A stretch of DNA of 61,312 nucleotides from an uncultured bacterium (GTDB taxonomy: Bacteria > Chlamydiota > Chlamydiia > Chlamydiales > SM23-39). The position numbers and the translations under genes were made by a program. A model generated the notes under the pieces. The model made no database searches, was not told the origin of the DNA, and saw only the letters and a program-made list of their open reading frames with translations. The stretch covers positions 6,511 to 67,822 of the forward strand of contig CAZQNB010000004.1 in assembly GCA_964594545.1 (NCBI GenBank), in the 5' to 3' direction. The stretch's first letter is position 1; each line of letters opens with the position of its first letter. Positions 57,371-61,312 of this stretch are shown here, one piece after another.

Positions 57371-58717
57371 ATGTCGTCCGGGCTAGGCCCTCTTACCAGG
57401 CAAGATCTAAAAATTGAAATCGACCGATTAAAGGCATCACTAGTTCAAACCACAGATCCATCTCAGATTGAGAAAGCCACGCGCATCATGTCTGCACACT
57501 CACAGGCGCTGAGAGGGAACTCAAATCGGTACGTTGACCGGGAGACCGGTCGAGAGTACACCCTGACGCACGGTCCGTTGATGGGCGGGGGTGGGCATCC
57601 CTCAAAGATGACCTACACTTTAGAAAATGCAAAAAACTTTGATCAGGCGGGAAGAGAAGGGCTAGCAATGAGTTCTCGCTCCGACATATTTGGAATAAAA
57701 GGGGCTGATACAACTCGTACTGAGGAAGCAGTAAAACTCTTTCAACTCGGACTGAAAATTAAGAAAAAACTTGCGCCCAATAGTTTGGATATCGCCGAAT
57801 CTTATTATGAAATCGGCAAAGCATATAATTCGATTTTTTTTCCAAAACCGAAGTATAAACAGCTCGCTTTAAATTTTTTGCAAAAAGCCCTTAATTTACA
57901 ACAGACCCTGGCCCCAAATAGTCTAGCGTTTGCAAGAACTTCAATCGAAATGGCCCATGCGTCTTCTGATCCGCAGGTAACGGACATTCCTCTCATGGAA
58001 AAGGGGATACGAATGTATAAGTCATTGGAAGGCGGTAGCGAGGAGGAGCTCAAGAGCGCCTATCTACTCTTGGCAAGAAGCTATTCTCAGCAGAAATTTT
58101 CATCTATCGATAGTCAGCTTGTTAACTTGCATAAAGCGCTTGAGATATATACCAACTTAGGTGACATTTCCCTCGCCTGCAACGTGTATACGATCATAAA
58201 GAGCGTACAAACTAAAAATAAACAATGGGCACAAGCGCTTAAGACAGTAGAACAACATTTCTATTGGAGCCATGAGATTGCTAATATCTATGCCGCAAAT
58301 GGTCAGTATGAACAGCTTATGATATACTACGAACATTGTTGCTCTCCACTATTACGTGCAGTTTATTCTAAAGACGCACCTAGCCAGAACAAAGTGCTCT
58401 CGTGTTCTAAATATCTATCTGCATGGAAAGACTGTTGCACAACTCCCGAGCAAAATCATATGCTCTTGATCCACTATGAGAAATGTATTCAGATAGCAGA
58501 GACTATATTAAGTCAGGCTACTCGTCAGAAAAAGACTCCTTCTTGGCACTTAGAAGACACAAAATACGAGAAATCTTACGTGAAGCATTTATTCGAGATG
58601 TGTGTAGCAGTACATGAAATCTCTCAACAACATGGTACTCCAGAGCAAATTTCCTTTGCTGGACAACGAGTCTGTGAAGTCCAGAAGAAGCTCCAATCGC
58701 TGGAAGATGTTCAATAG
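57371..58717 (+). CDS. TPR-like repeat protein
   Basis: Repeats of the type A..LFQLGLKIKKKLAPNSLDIAESYYEIGKAY and ALNFLQKALNLQQTLAPNSLAFA. Confidence 0.55.
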   Translation: MSSGLGPLTRQDLKIEIDRLKASLVQTTDPSQIEKATRIMSAHSQALRGNSNRYVDRETGREYTLTHGPLMGGGGHPSKMTYTLENAKNFDQAGREGLAMSSRSDIFGIKGADTTRTEEAVKLFQLGLKIKKKLAPNSLDIAESYYEIGKAYNSIFFPKPKYKQLALNFLQKALNLQQTLAPNSLAFARTSIEMAHASSDPQVTDIPLMEKGIRMYKSLEGGSEEELKSAYLLLARSYSQQKFSSIDSQLVNLHKALEIYTNLGDISLACNVYTIIKSVQTKNKQWAQALKTVEQHFYWSHEIANIYAANGQYEQLMIYYEHCCSPLLRAVYSKDAPSQNKVLSCSKYLSAWKDCCTTPEQNHMLLIHYEKCIQIAETILSQATRQKKTPSWHLEDTKYEKSYVKHLFEMCVAVHEISQQHGTPEQISFAGQRVCEVQKKLQSLEDVQ

Positions 58718-58751
58718 ACCTCTTGCGTAACCTAGGTTACGCAAGAGGTCT
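58716..58751. terminator. perfect 36-bp palindrome between convergent genes (bidirectional terminator candidate)
   Basis: AGACCTCTTGCGTAACCT|AGGTTACGCAAGAGGTCT. It overlaps the TAG stop of the TPR gene. Confidence 0.65.
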
Positions 58752-58764
58752 AATTTCCCCCACG

Positions 58765-60081
58765 CTAAAACAAATAGGGGATCATCTTATAAGGCACTTT
58801 TTCGCAGTACATCTGCCAAAAAGGTCCATATTTGTCTGCACATCTCTTATCGTGGCGAAAGGCGCGATCGACAAGAAGGATTGTTAAGAAACAGACATAA
58901 AAGTAAGGGAAGAAATTGGTAAATAATGCAGGCACGCTCCAGAAAAACGCGGCGCATAGCTCGGGAATGTAATGGAAGTGACGCGATAATCCCCACCATC
59001 CGGAAGCGAGAAGCAAACTTTGTTTCACTTGACCATCTTGCGTCTGATAGACCGCCTCAATCAAAGAGGGGTTCGCCCCCCAAACAAGACACTTTCCGTT
59101 TTTTGCCCGAACTTTCTGTCTTTGATGATCCGCTAAATAATTAATCAAAATCGACACGCATCCTAGCGTGAAAATCATAAAAGCGACAACGTTGCCTAGC
59201 TGCAGCGGATGGTGGACGAGATAGAATGCGGGAGATGTGTAAATGCAAGGAACCCAAACAAGACATCCCCAACAAATCATAAATCCGGCGCGGTCATGCA
59301 TAATGTCCAGCGATCTAAAATATCCTGTCTCCCAAACGAAAAATTTGGCGATATAAATAAGTTGTAAGGCAACAGAAATAAGCATCGCATTGCTAAGACC
59401 ATAAAGTTCACTTTGCTTGGCTGCAAAAGAAATGATTAAAATCGGCCAAGCCATCATCCCAAAACGGCAATTTGTAAATTGCTTAATATCCCAACCAAAG
59501 ACCCTCGGATACAATTCTGTACCCCAGTAGTAATCAAATAAGAAATTGCCGGATGACCCCGAGTCGTTTGTCGATGGAGCGAAAATCCCCTTCAAATAGA
59601 GGAGAAAGCACAAAATGAGGCTCGAGCAATTTAAGGCGCCGAGCAAAGGTCCTAATTCATCATAGAGAATCGATGCAGGAAACCAACCGAGCCCATAAGA
59701 ACACCCAAGGAAAGCGGTTACTGTAATTAAAAAACAAGCCACGCCATTGGCTTTATATATCGGGATGTTCCCTTTTGGGGTAATCGGCCCTAAAAAGGGT
59801 TTGCCCGGGATGACGCGCATCAAAAAAAGCTGAGACACTGCGTAGATACCAATGATTTTCCATGCAAGGGGCGATCCGAAAAACACAGGTTTCGAAATGC
59901 TCCAAAGCGTCGTAAACAAACCTTGTTGCCAAACAAGATGCCAAAAAGCCATGAACGATCCCTCAAGATGAGATCCCACATACCAAAATACAAATACAGC
60001 GGGAGGGCAAAGAGTCAAAAGAAGCAAAGGGACTAAATTTTGATGGACCCAAGGATTGTTACGTAAAGATGGTGCTGACAT
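58765..60081 (-). CDS. ERG4/ERG24-family sterol reductase (7-dehydrocholesterol/C14-reductase-like)
   Basis: Polytopic protein. C-terminal signature GWWGLSRHFHYIPELCAAF...LLVDRAFRHDKRCADKYGPFWQMYCEKVPYKMIPYLF. ATG 60081 lies 10 nt after the alr stop. Confidence 0.85.
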   Translation of the reverse strand: MSAPSLRNNPWVHQNLVPLLLLTLCPPAVFVFWYVGSHLEGSFMAFWHLVWQQGLFTTLWSISKPVFFGSPLAWKIIGIYAVSQLFLMRVIPGKPFLGPITPKGNIPIYKANGVACFLITVTAFLGCSYGLGWFPASILYDELGPLLGALNCSSLILCFLLYLKGIFAPSTNDSGSSGNFLFDYYWGTELYPRVFGWDIKQFTNCRFGMMAWPILIISFAAKQSELYGLSNAMLISVALQLIYIAKFFVWETGYFRSLDIMHDRAGFMICWGCLVWVPCIYTSPAFYLVHHPLQLGNVVAFMIFTLGCVSILINYLADHQRQKVRAKNGKCLVWGANPSLIEAVYQTQDGQVKQSLLLASGWWGLSRHFHYIPELCAAFFWSVPALFTNFFPYFYVCFLTILLVDRAFRHDKRCADKYGPFWQMYCEKVPYKMIPYLF

Positions 60082-60091
60082 TGCGATTACC

Positions 60092-61222
60092 TCATGTGTA
60101 AATACGGGACAGTCGACCATTTAAAGAGCAAAGCAATTCATAGGGAACGGTGTCAGCAATCAACGCCGCATCCTCCAGTGAAATTCGTTGCATTCCTTGT
60201 CTACCGATCAATGTCACTTCGTCCCCAATATACACTTCGTTCATTCCGATATCAACCATAAATTGATCCATGCAAACAACGCCGGAGATCTTGTATTTTT
60301 GCTCTCGAATCAAAACAAATCCCTTGTTTGAGAAAGCGCGTCTGTATCCATCTCCGTAACCAATCGGCACAGTCACAACGCGCGTTTGCTTAAGTGTTTT
60401 ATAGGCATGTCCATAACTAATCCCCATGTCCGCTTCTACAACTTTAAAGTAAGAGATTTTCGCCTTCAAAGAAAAGCAAGGGGCAATCTCCCCTGAAATA
60501 TCTTCACTCCCATCGGGGAAATATCCATAACACAAAAGTCCGGGTCTCACCATATCAAAATAGGAATCGGGATAAAACGCAACGCCACCCGAATTCGCCA
60601 AATGCCAAATGAGATTTTTCTCCTTAAAACACTCTCTCAGTTTATGAAACTCTTCGATTTGTTCGTAAGCAAATGCGTTATTGGGCAAATCTGCTGTGGC
60701 AAAGTGGGAATAGACGCCGACCAATGTGAATCCCTCTTGCTTTAAGATCCAGGGAAGCAAATCAAAGGCTGTCTCCATCCGAACGCCCGTTCTTCGCATT
60801 CCCGTGTCCACTTCTAAATGGACGCGGCACTTTCTTTGCAACCGCGCGCAAACAGCTAAAACCAAATCCGCTTTATATCTAGAGCTGAGAGTAAATTCCA
60901 AATTCCACTCAATTAAGGATTGAATCTGATCCTCATGAATCGCCCCCAGAACAAGGATCGGAAGAGAGACTCCTTTAAGACGGAGCTCAATCCCCTCTTT
61001 CAAGCAAGCAACGCAAAGATAATCGACCCCCGCTCCTTCCGCCGCCATCCCAATTTCGCAAAGGCCATGTCCATAAGCACCTGCCTTAACGCAAAGACAA
61101 AACAAACGCTTCCCAATTCGATTGCGGACAGCCTTTAAGTTTTTCTTAAACTGCACGAGATCGATTTCAATCCAGGCGGGATGAGGAATCATTTGTTGAA
61201 GATAGGAATGCATGGAAACCAT
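60092..61222 (-). CDS. alr: alanine racemase
   Basis: PLP-lysine motif CVKAGAYGHG, VYSHFATAD and PIGYGDGY. Confidence 0.9.
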   Translation of the reverse strand: MVSMHSYLQQMIPHPAWIEIDLVQFKKNLKAVRNRIGKRLFCLCVKAGAYGHGLCEIGMAAEGAGVDYLCVACLKEGIELRLKGVSLPILVLGAIHEDQIQSLIEWNLEFTLSSRYKADLVLAVCARLQRKCRVHLEVDTGMRRTGVRMETAFDLLPWILKQEGFTLVGVYSHFATADLPNNAFAYEQIEEFHKLRECFKEKNLIWHLANSGGVAFYPDSYFDMVRPGLLCYGYFPDGSEDISGEIAPCFSLKAKISYFKVVEADMGISYGHAYKTLKQTRVVTVPIGYGDGYRRAFSNKGFVLIREQKYKISGVVCMDQFMVDIGMNEVYIGDEVTLIGRQGMQRISLEDAALIADTVPYELLCSLNGRLSRIYT

Positions 61223-61270
61223 CCTATCATTATATTTTTTTTAGCTCAAAAAATAGCGAAAAAAGTGTAT

Positions 61271-61312
61271 TATACCGTTCGTAATTCATTAAGGGATCGG
61301 AATGAAACGACG
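61271..61312. repeat. left end of another TATACCG-family element, truncated by the window edge
   Basis: TATACCGTTCGTAATT matches TATACCGATCGTAATT at 41594 in 15 of 16 positions. The downstream part diverges. Confidence 0.45.

Overview
Dense, mostly housekeeping chromosomal window. By gene content it is most likely from an environmental member of the Chlamydiota; this is inference from four hallmarks. These are a lysine-tailed SWIB protein, an FtsH with a roughly 340-aa extracytoplasmic insert, Inc-like bilobed membrane proteins, and eukaryote-like LRR and sterol-reductase genes. Conserved blocks: rpmE-prfA-prmC and ffh-rpsP-trmD-rplS (minus strand), rnhB, tadA, rpsO-pnp-aspS, ftsH, tilS, lptF-lptG, rplM-rpsI, miaB, glgB-ligA and alr. 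Accessory content: an AbiEi/AbiEii module with candidate operator repeats; an apparently intact IS605-type element (divergent tnpA/tnpB) abutting the 3' end of lptG; transporters; a D-amino-acid/peptidoglycan-flavoured cluster; a YqcI/YcgG - B3/4 - ureohydrolase cluster; and many lineage-specific hypothetical proteins. No rRNA, tRNA or CRISPR array was recognised. The most unusual signal is a mosaic population of 50-340 bp palindromic (MITE-like) elements. Two 168-bp copies sit in intergenic DNA. One copy has a clean 9-bp target-site duplication. One locus carries palindromes nested inside palindromes. One copy lies in-frame inside the essential gene tilS and adds about 54 codons, in the manner of Rickettsia palindromic elements. 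Other items worth follow-up: an archaeal/eukaryal-type AspRS fused to a YbaK-like deacylase domain, an LtaS/sulfatase-type enzyme fused to cysteine-type LRRs, an EarP-like glycosyltransferase candidate, and a sterol reductase apparently co-transcribed with alr. All functional calls rest on motifs read by eye from the translations. No database search was run.
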